DNA of 64,000 nucleotides from Patescibacteria group bacterium. Its GTDB lineage: Bacteria; Patescibacteriota; Patescibacteriia; Patescibacteriales; UBA12465. Under the pieces are notes generated by a model, which had not been told where the DNA came from, did not search any database, and worked only from the letters and a program-made list of their open reading frames with translations. The translations under genes were made by a program, and so were the position numbers. Below, piece by piece: positions 1 to 8,867 of this stretch (the stretch's first letter is position 1; each line of letters starts with the position of its first letter). Location: positions 229,883-293,882 of the forward strand of contig JBAZJK010000001.1 of NCBI GenBank assembly GCA_041651355.1, given 5' to 3'.

Positions 1-315
1 TAGGTTATGGCTAATGGCTAGATCAGGTTTTTCTTTTTTGAGGATTTTTTTGATTTGATAGTATTTATGGAGATTAAATAAGTTTATCATTTGCCAAAAT
101 AGGCGAAAGGCATAGCTATATTTGTGCAGTTCAGGAAAAAGGGAATTAAGCTCGTAGATGCTATATCGAATATTTATGGCTTTTTCTTGGCCCTTAGCTT
201 TCGTGGCCACAAAAAAAACCTCGTGGCCCTGATCAGTCAGGTCTTGGGCCATTTTTTGGGCGACTTTTTCCGCGCCGCCGCGCTGATAGAGGCTATTTAA
301 AATGGCGATTTTCAT
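1..315 (-). CDS. Glycosyltransferase family 4, N-terminal part (truncated by window edge)
   Basis: Reverse-complement from ATG at 315-313 reads MKIAILNSLYQRGGAEKVAQKMAQDLTDQGHEVFFVATK... with no stop to the window edge. This is a typical GT4 N-terminal Rossmann start. It is not in the ORF track because it is open-ended. Confidence 0.6.
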   Translation of the reverse strand, partial: MKIAILNSLYQRGGAEKVAQKMAQDLTDQGHEVFFVATKAKGQEKAINIRYSIYELNSLFPELHKYSYAFRLFWQMINLFNLHKYYQIKKILKKEKPDLAISHNL

Positions 316-322
316 AAATATA

Positions 323-1450
323 TTAATCAAACAACCCAAGTATCTGGTTGGCCATTAATCTAAGGTCATACTTATTCTCGGCTAATTTCCGAGCGGCTCG
401 GCTCATATTTTCCCTTTGTTTTTCATCACTTAAGATCATCTGAATTTTATTTTGTAAATCAGAAATATCCCCTGGTTCTATCAGATAGCCTTCTTGCTTA
501 TCAGAGAAGACGCTCCTTACGCCCGGCAGATTAGAAGCAATAACTGGCGTGCCACAGGCTAGAGCTTCGATTAGGACCAAGCCGAAGGCTTCGTTTCTGT
601 TAATCGAAGGCAGGACTAAAACCGCCGCGCCTTGGAAGGCTTTGATCAAATCATGTCCTCCCAGTTTGCCCAAGAACTTAACCTTATCTCTGATTCCTAA
701 TTCTGAAGCTAATTGTTCATATTGGGGCCGCAGTTCGCCCTCACCGCAGATTTTAAGGATGAATCTGTCATCTTTGAGACGGCTGAAAGCGGTAATCAGC
801 TTATCCACCCCTTTGAAATAATGGGCTCGATCTAAGCCGCCAACGAAGAGGACGCTGAGCTGATGATGGTTGATAAAATTATCACTGACGAATTTGATGA
901 TATTCCGGCTGGCGGCGATCAGTGGGTTTTCCGGTTCGCTTTTTAGGATATCGGGCTTGAATTTTTCCAGATCAACGCCGAAAGGGATTTCTCGGAATTT
1001 TTCTGGATACTTCTGATATATATCTTTTATCGAACTGTTTTTCAGGTAATCAAAACTGGAGCAGATTATCTTATCCGCTTTTTTAAACAGGGAAGAGCGC
1101 AGGAGCTTAGCCGGCCCGGCCGCTATTTTAAGGAGGGGCGAGTCGAAATCAACGTCCATGTGATAGTGGATTATCAGTTTAGTTTTTTTGTTGAAAATCT
1201 TAAAGAGCCAGACCAATTCGCTGGCACCGAAGAAAGGATAGTGCAGATAGATATAATCAAAACGCCCCAGTTGGCTAAGGAGCTGGGGTGAAAAAGCGCT
1301 ATGGCCGTAACGGAGCCAGGGTTTTAGATTGTCGGGATAGAAATTGGCTAGCTCGTACCGGCTGGAAATAATTTGTCCGATTTGGAAAGCGCTATTGCCG
1401 ATGCCGCCAGCATATGGCGGCCAAGCGCAGACCAACTGGGCGATTTTCAT
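323..1450 (-). CDS. Glycosyltransferase family 4 (GT-B fold)
   Basis: 375-aa ORF with an ATG start. The C-terminal half carries the GT4 signature (PSINRNEAFGLVLIEALACGTPVIAS...). Its start overlaps the upstream stop as ATGA at 1447-1450. Confidence 0.85.
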   Translation of the reverse strand: MKIAQLVCAWPPYAGGIGNSAFQIGQIISSRYELANFYPDNLKPWLRYGHSAFSPQLLSQLGRFDYIYLHYPFFGASELVWLFKIFNKKTKLIIHYHMDVDFDSPLLKIAAGPAKLLRSSLFKKADKIICSSFDYLKNSSIKDIYQKYPEKFREIPFGVDLEKFKPDILKSEPENPLIAASRNIIKFVSDNFINHHQLSVLFVGGLDRAHYFKGVDKLITAFSRLKDDRFILKICGEGELRPQYEQLASELGIRDKVKFLGKLGGHDLIKAFQGAAVLVLPSINRNEAFGLVLIEALACGTPVIASNLPGVRSVFSDKQEGYLIEPGDISDLQNKIQMILSDEKQRENMSRAARKLAENKYDLRLMANQILGLFD

Positions 1451-1773
1451 AGTTTATTATCCTGAGCTTTTTCCCGGACCAAGGTCGCCAGGTTGTTTTC
1501 TAGCTTGGCAAGCTTGAGACGGAGGCGGAAAAGCAGGTAGAAGAGGGTAATGACTGCCAGGTAGATTAAGAAGTTAATGCCTGAGCCGGAAAATCCTAGA
1601 TTATTAACCAAGCGGTCGATCGGCTTGATGAAAACGATGGCCAGACCGGCGATAATCCAAAAAATAAGCCAGAGAGCCAATTCATTCTTAGAGATACTAT
1701 CTTGCCGCCTTTGTTTGAGCAGGCGGCCGATGAAGAAAACAATGATTACTAAGGCGAGTATTTGTTGCCACAT
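1447..1773 (-). CDS. DUF2304-like small membrane protein
   Basis: 108 aa with 3-4 TM helices and a C-terminal amphipathic tail. It sits in the usual position between a GT2 and a GT4 gene and is translationally coupled on both sides. Confidence 0.65.
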   Translation of the reverse strand: MWQQILALVIIVFFIGRLLKQRRQDSISKNELALWLIFWIIAGLAIVFIKPIDRLVNNLGFSGSGINFLIYLAVITLFYLLFRLRLKLAKLENNLATLVREKAQDNKL

Positions 1774-1777
1774 ATTT

Positions 1778-2437
1778 TTATTTGATGATTTTTTGGATAA
1801 TCAGGTCTTTGATGATTCGTAATCCGCCGGAAAAATTTTGCCCGAATTCATGATAGGTGACGGTAATCGGCACTTCCTTGACTCTCAGCTTATGGCGGAA
1901 GGTCTCGACGATATATTCGCTACAATGAGCTTTGCCGTTTTGCCTGATCTTTATAGTCTGTGCCGCTTGGCGGCTCAAAGCCCGGAAACCGCTTTGCGGG
2001 TCGCTGAGGTTTACGCCTAAGAGCCGGTTGACGAAGCGGGCGAGCGGGATGATGATATTTTTTTTAACGAAAGGCAGATTGGATTTCTTACCCAAGAAGC
2101 GGGAGCCGAAGACCACATCCGCTTCATTGTTAATGATGGGAGCGATTACTTCCGGGATTTCAGATGCGGCGAACTGGTCGTCGGCATCAAAGTGGACGAT
2201 AATATCGGCCCCTAATTTCAGGGCATAGCTGGTGCCGGTCTGCAGGGCGCCGCCTTGGTCGAGGTTGACGCTATGGCGCAAGACTTTAACTCCGCTGCTT
2301 TTGGCGATATTATAGGTTTGATCTTTAGAACAATCGTCAACGATGACAATGTCGTCTACCAAGGGCTTGACCTTGTCTATGACCCTAAGGATCCGTTCGG
2401 CTTCATTATAGGCCGGAATGACGCAGATTACTTTCAT
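1778..2437 (-). CDS. Glycosyltransferase family 2 (polyprenol-phosphate sugar transferase-like)
   Basis: From the internal ATG (2437) the protein reads MKVICVIPAYNEAERI...VDDCSKD...FDADDQ, with the GT2 DxD-type motifs. The 50 codons upstream of that ATG in the track ORF overlap the preceding gene and are probably not translated. Confidence 0.85.
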   Translation of the reverse strand: MKVICVIPAYNEAERILRVIDKVKPLVDDIVIVDDCSKDQTYNIAKSSGVKVLRHSVNLDQGGALQTGTSYALKLGADIIVHFDADDQFAASEIPEVIAPIINNEADVVFGSRFLGKKSNLPFVKKNIIIPLARFVNRLLGVNLSDPQSGFRALSRQAAQTIKIRQNGKAHCSEYIVETFRHKLRVKEVPITVTYHEFGQNFSGGLRIIKDLIIQKIIK

Positions 2438-2439
2438 AG

Positions 2440-3516
2440 CTATAGTTTTAGCATTTCTTCCACTGATATTAATCCGTTTTTCAATTTTAGTAAAGCGTCT
2501 GCCAGCAGGGATTTTTTGTAATCCGGGCCGACCAGCTCGAACAGGGCGACCCTTAAGTCGTTGTCTGGATTTTGGCAGTGGCGGCAACCGCGGGTCTCAT
2601 AGACGAACTTCGGCAGGTGGGGACCGATCTGTTTATATTTATGGCTTAATAAGCTGATATCAGAGGCGTTAAGACTTCGCTTGTATAAGCATTTAGGGCA
2701 ATTCCTTTTGACCAGTCTTTGGCTGATGATCAGTTTTAAGTTTTCCTTAATTAGGCGGGCTGAACCGTGTTCTTTAAGCTCTTTAGCGACGTTAGCCGCT
2801 CTTTCCGCCTTCAGGCCGGCGAGGACTAAGCGGCCGCTGTGAGCCGCCTGGAGGGCTAGCGGCCAGATTTCCGGCTGGGATACTTCCATCAGGGCGATTA
2901 CCTCAGAATCGTGGCGCAATAGGCGTTCCAGGGTTTTTTGGTAGTTCGCCTTATTGGCTTGCTTGATCAGCATCTGGTTGATTCCTTTGATCTTTAACTC
3001 CAAAAAATTTTCTAAAGTATAAATATTCAAGTGTTCAGCATTTAAGTGGTTGAGCAGGGAGTATAGGCTTTGGGATAAGCCCTGGTTGAAGGGAGCACTG
3101 ACGATAATCAGGCCGGAGCGAGCTTTGAGGGTTTTTTTAATGAAGTTCAGGTCGGCCTTTTCTAAACCTAGACCGGTCAAGGGGCGGAGCTGCGGTTTCT
3201 TGTTGATGAAGTTGATGATTATTCTTTGGTTCTCGCCCTCCTTGATGGCGGTGATATAGAAAGTCCATTCCTTATCTCGATGCCTGATCTTATAGTATTT
3301 ATTAATCCCCAGGGTCTTGCCAGACAGGCTCATGATTTCTTGGAGGTCGGCTAAAAGGGCGGCTTGCCGTTTAGGCGATAAGCGCCACTCGTGCTTGTTC
3401 AAACCGAGCTCGTCTCCGGAGATGATAGTCCCATCCGGTCCGGATTCAATTATCAGATTCTTCAATCCCTGCCAATTAGCATAATGACAGAGATGCTTGA
3501 TAATTTTCGCCTGCAT
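2440..3516 (-). CDS. PilB/GspE-family secretion ATPase homolog with degenerate catalytic motifs
   Basis: It aligns along the whole GspE core, including the C-terminal CPKC...CRHC tetracysteine. Walker A is APFNQGLS instead of GPTGSGKT, Walker B is LMEVSQ, and both His-box histidines are lost (SGRLVLAGLKA). The start is set at ATG 3516; the track start at 3546 is a TTG. Confidence 0.7.
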   Translation of the reverse strand: MQAKIIKHLCHYANWQGLKNLIIESGPDGTIISGDELGLNKHEWRLSPKRQAALLADLQEIMSLSGKTLGINKYYKIRHRDKEWTFYITAIKEGENQRIIINFINKKPQLRPLTGLGLEKADLNFIKKTLKARSGLIIVSAPFNQGLSQSLYSLLNHLNAEHLNIYTLENFLELKIKGINQMLIKQANKANYQKTLERLLRHDSEVIALMEVSQPEIWPLALQAAHSGRLVLAGLKAERAANVAKELKEHGSARLIKENLKLIISQRLVKRNCPKCLYKRSLNASDISLLSHKYKQIGPHLPKFVYETRGCRHCQNPDNDLRVALFELVGPDYKKSLLADALLKLKNGLISVEEMLKL

Positions 3517-3664
3517 GTTCTTGGGTTCAAGCCGGTCTAAACGCAAAATAGGCCCTTAAACCTGGCTTGAGAATTTTTTTATATATTAGTCAATCTATCT
3601 TGATTATAGCATTATTTTATATTATGTTGAAATGTGTTAGAATTAAGGAGTAAAGAATAATTTT

Positions 3665-4081
3665 ATGTTATATTTTTCTAAAGTCTATAATTATCTGGCT
3701 GATTTTAGGGTTAATTTCAAGAAGTCTTTCAAGCTGGTTTTCGCTCCGAAGATCTTCAAGCTTTATCTGATCTTAACTCTGGTTTGGCAGATACTAGCTT
3801 GGTATATTTCCGTCTATGTCTACCGTAACCTGAGCGGCCGTTTATTAATCCTCCATTATAACGTCGACTTCGGCACCGACCTGATTGGCGCTCCGATTCG
3901 CGTTTTTGGCGGGCCCTTGTTTGCTTTATTGATATTTCTAGTTAACGCCGTCTTCGCTCTGAGCTTAAATCGTCGCCAGGCGGCTTCGTTTCTAAACCAT
4001 CTACTAATCGCCGGGGCCATGGTTTTAAATCTTTTTGTCCTAATCGCCCTCTTTACTATCTATCTAAGTAATTTCCGCTAA
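3665..4081 (+). CDS. Hypothetical membrane protein (3-4 TM)
   Basis: 138-aa ORF with an ATG start and hydrophobic segments. It lies directly upstream of mraY on the same strand. Confidence 0.5.
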   Translation: MLYFSKVYNYLADFRVNFKKSFKLVFAPKIFKLYLILTLVWQILAWYISVYVYRNLSGRLLILHYNVDFGTDLIGAPIRVFGGPLFALLIFLVNAVFALSLNRRQAASFLNHLLIAGAMVLNLFVLIALFTIYLSNFR

Positions 4082-4094
4082 CCGATTATCTTTT

Positions 4095-5144
4095 ATGTTG
4101 GAATTTAATCTGATAAAAATCCTTTTATTATCTACGGTGGCCTTTATCTTCGCTATGCTGGTGACGCCTATTCTGGCTCATTTTTTATATAAGTATAAAT
4201 TGGGCAAGAAGATCAGGAATAATGGCTCGACTCCGATATTTTCCAAGCTTCATGCCCATAAGACCGGCACGCCGACTATGGGCGGAGTCTTGATCTGGGG
4301 GACGGTCCTGATCTTTGCTTTGTTATTTTCCTTCTTGCCCAAGATAATCCCTGGCGATTTTTTCCAGCATCTTAACTTTCTTTCCCGAGCGGAGACCCTC
4401 CTGCCTTTAGGGGCTTTGGTAATCAGCGCCTTAATCGGTTTGTTCGACGATTGGCTTGATGTCAGAGGTAAAGGGGTTTTGGGCGGCGGCGGCTTAAAAT
4501 TAAGACATCGGCTCTTGATTTATACTCTGATTGCCATCGCGGGCGCTCTTTGGTTTTATTTCAAATTAGATTGGACGGTTTTCCATGTGCCGTTTTTAGG
4601 GAACTTCGAAATCGGTGCTTGGTATATCCCGATTTTCATTTTTATCATTGTGGCTACCTCTTTTTCCGTTAATGAGACGGACGGCTTGGACGGTTTAGCC
4701 GGCGGTACCTTGCTTTTGGCCTTTGCCGCTTATGGCATCATCGCTTTTTCCTTGGGCCGTTATGATTTAGCCACTTTCTGCGGCGTCATTATCGGCGCCC
4801 TTTTAGCCTTCTTATGGTTCAATATCCCGCCCGCCCGTTTTTATATGGGGGATACCGGAGCGATGAGTCTGGGGGTCACCCTAGGCATAATCGCGATGCT
4901 CACCAATAATGCTTTGCTCCTGGTCTTTATCGGCGCCATCTTCTTGGTTGAATCCGCTTCGGTGATTATCCAGACCCTGTCTAAGCGTTTGCGCCACAAG
5001 AAAGTTTTCCTATCGTCGCCTATCCATCATCATTTTCAAGCCATGGGTTGGCCAGAATCCAAGATTGTCATGCGTTTTTGGGTCCTGTCCGGATTAGGCG
5101 TGGCTTTAGCTTTGATTATATTTTTATTGGATAAGCAGTTTTAA
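4095..5144 (+). CDS. mraY: Phospho-N-acetylmuramoyl-pentapeptide transferase
   Basis: 349-aa polytopic protein with MraY motifs (NETDGLDGLAGG, FYMGDTGAMSLG, SSPIHHHF). Confidence 0.95.
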   Translation: MLEFNLIKILLLSTVAFIFAMLVTPILAHFLYKYKLGKKIRNNGSTPIFSKLHAHKTGTPTMGGVLIWGTVLIFALLFSFLPKIIPGDFFQHLNFLSRAETLLPLGALVISALIGLFDDWLDVRGKGVLGGGGLKLRHRLLIYTLIAIAGALWFYFKLDWTVFHVPFLGNFEIGAWYIPIFIFIIVATSFSVNETDGLDGLAGGTLLLAFAAYGIIAFSLGRYDLATFCGVIIGALLAFLWFNIPPARFYMGDTGAMSLGVTLGIIAMLTNNALLLVFIGAIFLVESASVIIQTLSKRLRHKKVFLSSPIHHHFQAMGWPESKIVMRFWVLSGLGVALALIIFLLDKQF

Positions 5145-5147
5145 ATA

Positions 5148-6278
5148 ATGTTTAAGAAACTTAGAAAGCAATTTTCCACCAAAGGCCGCCGTGAAGTCGA
5201 CAAAAACTTAATGGTCGCCGTTTTTATTTTGCTGATTTTTGGCCTAGTCATGCTATCAAGCGTGTCTTCAGTCGCCTCTTACGCCAAGTATGGCAATGCC
5301 TATCATTTTTTGTTCAAGCAGGTCATAGCCGTCCTGATCGGTCTCGGCCTCTTTTTTATTTTTTCCCGTTTGGATTACCATATCTGGCGCAAATATGCCG
5401 TGATGGCTCTCTTGGCTTCTTTATTTCTTCTTCTGCTGGTTTTTATCCCCGGTATCCGTTCAGAGAGCGGTACGGCTCGGAGCTGGATTAACATTTTCGG
5501 CTTTTCTTTCCAGCCGGCTGAGTTAGTGAAGCTGACTTTTTTAGTCTATCTAGCGACTTGGCTAGAAGCTAAAAAGGGACAGCTGAGCAGTTTTGAGGGC
5601 GGTTTTTTCCCCTTTATCGTTATTATGGGGGTTATCAGCGTTTTAATGATGGCTCAGCCTGATTTCGGCACCTTGTTTATTATCGCCTTTACTTCGATGG
5701 TCGTCTTTTTTGTGGGCGGAGCCAAGTTCAGCCATATTGTTATCATTCTGCTCTTGGCGGCGCTAATGATATTTTTAATGTTGAGCCTCAAATCTTCCTA
5801 TCGCGATGACCGTTTCAAATGCCTTAAGGATCCTGGTTATAGCCCGCAGGATAAATGCTATCAAATCAACCAATCTTTGATTGCCGTCGGTTCGGGTGGC
5901 TGGTTAGGCCGAGGTTTGGGCCAGAGCCGGCAGAAATTTCTCTACCTGCCGGAGGTTTGGAGCGATGCTATCTTTCCGATCATTGCCGAGGAGATCGGTT
6001 TCATCTTCTGTGTTCTCTTAATCCTGTTATTCTTCTTTATCTTCTATCGCGGCCTCATGATTGCGCGCGGAGCACCGGATGCTTTCGGTCGTTTACTGGC
6101 AACCGGTGTCGTGTCCTGGCTAGCGGTTCAGACTTTTTTAAATATCGGCGGCATGATTAATCTGATACCTATGACCGGCGTGCCTTTGCCTTTCATTTCG
6201 GCCGGCGGCACGGCCGTCTTATCAGCTTTAATCGGCATTGGCCTGCTTGCTAGCATCAGTCGCCAGGCTAAGCTTTAG
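5148..6278 (+). CDS. ftsW: SEDS-family peptidoglycan glycosyltransferase FtsW/RodA
   Basis: 376-aa, roughly 10-TM protein with SEDS motifs (QPAELVKL, QPDFGT, SDAIFPIIAEEIGF, PLPFISAGGT). It sits in the dcw block. Confidence 0.9.
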   Translation: MFKKLRKQFSTKGRREVDKNLMVAVFILLIFGLVMLSSVSSVASYAKYGNAYHFLFKQVIAVLIGLGLFFIFSRLDYHIWRKYAVMALLASLFLLLLVFIPGIRSESGTARSWINIFGFSFQPAELVKLTFLVYLATWLEAKKGQLSSFEGGFFPFIVIMGVISVLMMAQPDFGTLFIIAFTSMVVFFVGGAKFSHIVIILLLAALMIFLMLSLKSSYRDDRFKCLKDPGYSPQDKCYQINQSLIAVGSGGWLGRGLGQSRQKFLYLPEVWSDAIFPIIAEEIGFIFCVLLILLFFFIFYRGLMIARGAPDAFGRLLATGVVSWLAVQTFLNIGGMINLIPMTGVPLPFISAGGTAVLSALIGIGLLASISRQAKL

Positions 6279-6281
6279 TCT

Positions 6282-7370
6282 ATGTCTTTAAATGCAATAA
6301 AACCAAAGATAATCCTCTCGGGTGGCGGCACCATGGGTTCGGTTACGCCGCTTCTGATCCTGGCTGATGACCTTAAAGAGCGTTATGACTTTATTTTTGT
6401 CGGCACGACCAGCGGGGTGGAAAGGGAAATAGTCTCCAAGATAGCCTATCTGAAATACCAGCCGATCTTGAGCGGGAAGTGGCGGCGCTATTTTTCTTTT
6501 GCCAATCTTTGGGATCTTTTCAAGGTCATATTAGCTTTCTGTCAGTCGCTTTTTATCTTGTTCAAACTCAAACCAGCTTTGGTTATAAGCGCCGGTGCCT
6601 ATGTCTCCGTGCCTTTGGCTTGGGCGGCCTATTTCTTGAAGATTCCGGTTTTGATCCATCAGCAAGATGTCCGGCCCGGCTTAGCTAACCGCTTGATGGC
6701 GCGGACTGCCCGGGTGATTACCACGGTTTTTGAAAAGTCGGTTCAGGATTATGGCACGAAAGCGGTCTGGGTGGGCAACCCGATTCGAAACTTGGATTTG
6801 GAAAGCGCCCAGCAGGTCATCAAAGCCTTCCAGATTAAAGATAACCGCCCCCTGCTCTTGGCTTTAGGCGGCGGCACCGGTTCCCAGTCCTTGAACCAAT
6901 TGCTTGCAAACAGTTTAGAGGAGCTTACCTCATTCTGTCAGGTCATCCACATTACCGGGGCTAACAAGCAGCTAGTCCAATCGCTGTCTGATAATTATCA
7001 GTCATATGAATTCTTGCCTCACGAGAAGCTTTTAGCTTTGTTGTCTCGGGCTGATTTAGTTTTGTCTCGAGCCGGTTTAGGGGTACTGACGGAATTATCC
7101 AGTTTAGGCAAGCCGACCTTGCTCATGCCGATGCCTGCTTCCCATCAGGACGATAATGCTGATTATTTCGCTGAGCGCCAGGCCGCCCTGGTGTTAAGAG
7201 GTGAAGATTTGCGGCCGGAGCATCTGGTGGATAAAGTCAGACAGCTTCTATCTAACCATGAGCTCAGGGAGAACTTGAGCTATAATATCAAACGCGTTTT
7301 GCCGTCCGGAGCCAATGAGTCTTTGCGGCTCATCATTATCGGCTTGGCGGAAAATTCTCAGGGTAAATAA
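6282..7370 (+). CDS. murG: UDP-GlcNAc:lipid I N-acetylglucosaminyltransferase
   Basis: 362 aa with an N-terminal GGGTMGSVTP glycine loop and a C-terminal GT28 domain, placed between ftsW and murC. Confidence 0.9.
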   Translation: MSLNAIKPKIILSGGGTMGSVTPLLILADDLKERYDFIFVGTTSGVEREIVSKIAYLKYQPILSGKWRRYFSFANLWDLFKVILAFCQSLFILFKLKPALVISAGAYVSVPLAWAAYFLKIPVLIHQQDVRPGLANRLMARTARVITTVFEKSVQDYGTKAVWVGNPIRNLDLESAQQVIKAFQIKDNRPLLLALGGGTGSQSLNQLLANSLEELTSFCQVIHITGANKQLVQSLSDNYQSYEFLPHEKLLALLSRADLVLSRAGLGVLTELSSLGKPTLLMPMPASHQDDNADYFAERQAALVLRGEDLRPEHLVDKVRQLLSNHELRENLSYNIKRVLPSGANESLRLIIIGLAENSQGK

Positions 7371-7371
7371 G

Positions 7372-8763
7372 ATGATTAGGAAACAGAAAAAAAATAAATA
7401 TTATTTCATCGGCATCAAGGGCGTGGGCATGACTATGTTAGCCCAGTTTTTGCATCAGTCCGGCCAAGAAATTATCGGTTCGGATGTAGCCGAGACTTTT
7501 TTGACCGATCGGGTGTTGAAAAAAGAAAAAATTAAAGTATTCAGCCCCTTTAATATTAAGAATATTCCGGCCGCCCCAGATGTCATTGTCCATTCTTCCG
7601 CTTTTACGCCTAAGAATAATCCAGAATTGGCATTCATTGCGCAAAATCGGGAGCGATTTAAGTCCTCTAGGCTCTTGAGCTATGCTGAAGCCCTGGGAGA
7701 AATATTCAGCCAGCATCGCGGCTTGGCGGTCTGCGGCAGCCATGGCAAGACGACGACTTCGGCTTGGTTGGGCTATGTCTTATGGCGTTCTGGTTTGGGC
7801 CCCAAGGTTTTAGTCGGTTCTCGGGTGCCGCAATTTCATGATAGCAGCGCCCTCTTCGGCGCTAGTCGTTATTTTGTTGCCGAGGTCGATGAGTATCAGA
7901 ATAAGCTCCAGTATTTTTTTCCTTATGGCGTGATTTTGAATAATATTGAATATGATCATCCGGATTTTTTTAAGACGGAAGCCGACTATGTCCGAGTTTT
8001 TGCTGATTTTATCAAGAAGATTCCTAAACCGGGATTCTTGGTGGCCAATGAGGATGATAAGCAGATCAGGAAGATTAAGACTAAGAATCCTGGCCGCTAT
8101 TTCCCCTATCGCTTGAAAGAGGTGAAGGATGTCCGCTATCAGCGCGGTCTGACCAGTTTCAAGTTCCGGTCTTGGGGTGAATTTAGGATCCGTCTCCAGG
8201 GTGAACATAACATCTCTAACGCCTTAGCGGTTATTTTAAGCGCGCGGGTCTTGGGCGTGCCTTTGGTTAAGATTAAAAAATATCTGCTCGAGTTTAAAGG
8301 GACGGCGCGACGAGCCGAAGTCCTAGGGAAATATAGGGGGGCTTTGATTATTGATGATTATGCCCATCACCCGACAGAGATTAAAGCGACTTTAAAAGCT
8401 TTGAGGAATGCCTATCCTCGTCAAAATATCATCACCCTTTTTCATCCCCACACCTATACCCGGACCAAGGCTCTGTTTCGAGATTTTGCCGAGAGTTTCC
8501 GGGATAGCGATGAACTCTTTATTTTAGACATCTATGGTTCAGCGCGGGAGAAGCAGGGAGGAGTTTCTAGCCAGCAGTTAGCGCGAGCGGTCAGGTCTTT
8601 CAATCGCCAGAACGGTATTGAGCAAAAAGTTGGGAATATTCCCCAACTCGAAGAAGCGATTAGTTATTTTAAGAACCAGCTCGGATCGGGCGACCTCTTA
8701 GTCCTAATGGGCGCCGGTGATGTCTTCCGGGTGGGGGAGGGTTTGATAAAAGCTAAAGTTTAG
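7372..8763 (+). CDS. murC: UDP-N-acetylmuramate--L-alanine ligase
   Basis: From ATG 7372 it reads MIRKQKKNKYYFIGIKGVGMTMLA... with the Mur ligase P-loop GSHGKTTTS and DDYAHHPTE. The earlier track start at 7315 overlaps the murG end. Confidence 0.9.
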   Translation: MIRKQKKNKYYFIGIKGVGMTMLAQFLHQSGQEIIGSDVAETFLTDRVLKKEKIKVFSPFNIKNIPAAPDVIVHSSAFTPKNNPELAFIAQNRERFKSSRLLSYAEALGEIFSQHRGLAVCGSHGKTTTSAWLGYVLWRSGLGPKVLVGSRVPQFHDSSALFGASRYFVAEVDEYQNKLQYFFPYGVILNNIEYDHPDFFKTEADYVRVFADFIKKIPKPGFLVANEDDKQIRKIKTKNPGRYFPYRLKEVKDVRYQRGLTSFKFRSWGEFRIRLQGEHNISNALAVILSARVLGVPLVKIKKYLLEFKGTARRAEVLGKYRGALIIDDYAHHPTEIKATLKALRNAYPRQNIITLFHPHTYTRTKALFRDFAESFRDSDELFILDIYGSAREKQGGVSSQQLARAVRSFNRQNGIEQKVGNIPQLEEAISYFKNQLGSGDLLVLMGAGDVFRVGEGLIKAKV

Positions 8764-8867
8764 CATCTCGTTTTTCTTATTTTAATAGGCCATCTTTTGG
8801 CTTTTTTGATTATTTTATTTTTTTTGTAACGTTTAATAATTTTGTTCGTATACTATAGTGTCTTGAT

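Noticed and set aside
2438-2587. Several track ORFs carry long N-terminal extensions, most starting at TTG (2587, 3546, 30270, 36476, 43797, 58880); the 7315 extension begins at an ATG.
   Set aside because: In each case an in-frame ATG downstream gives a canonical N-terminus or signal peptide. The extension overlaps the upstream gene or a terminator.
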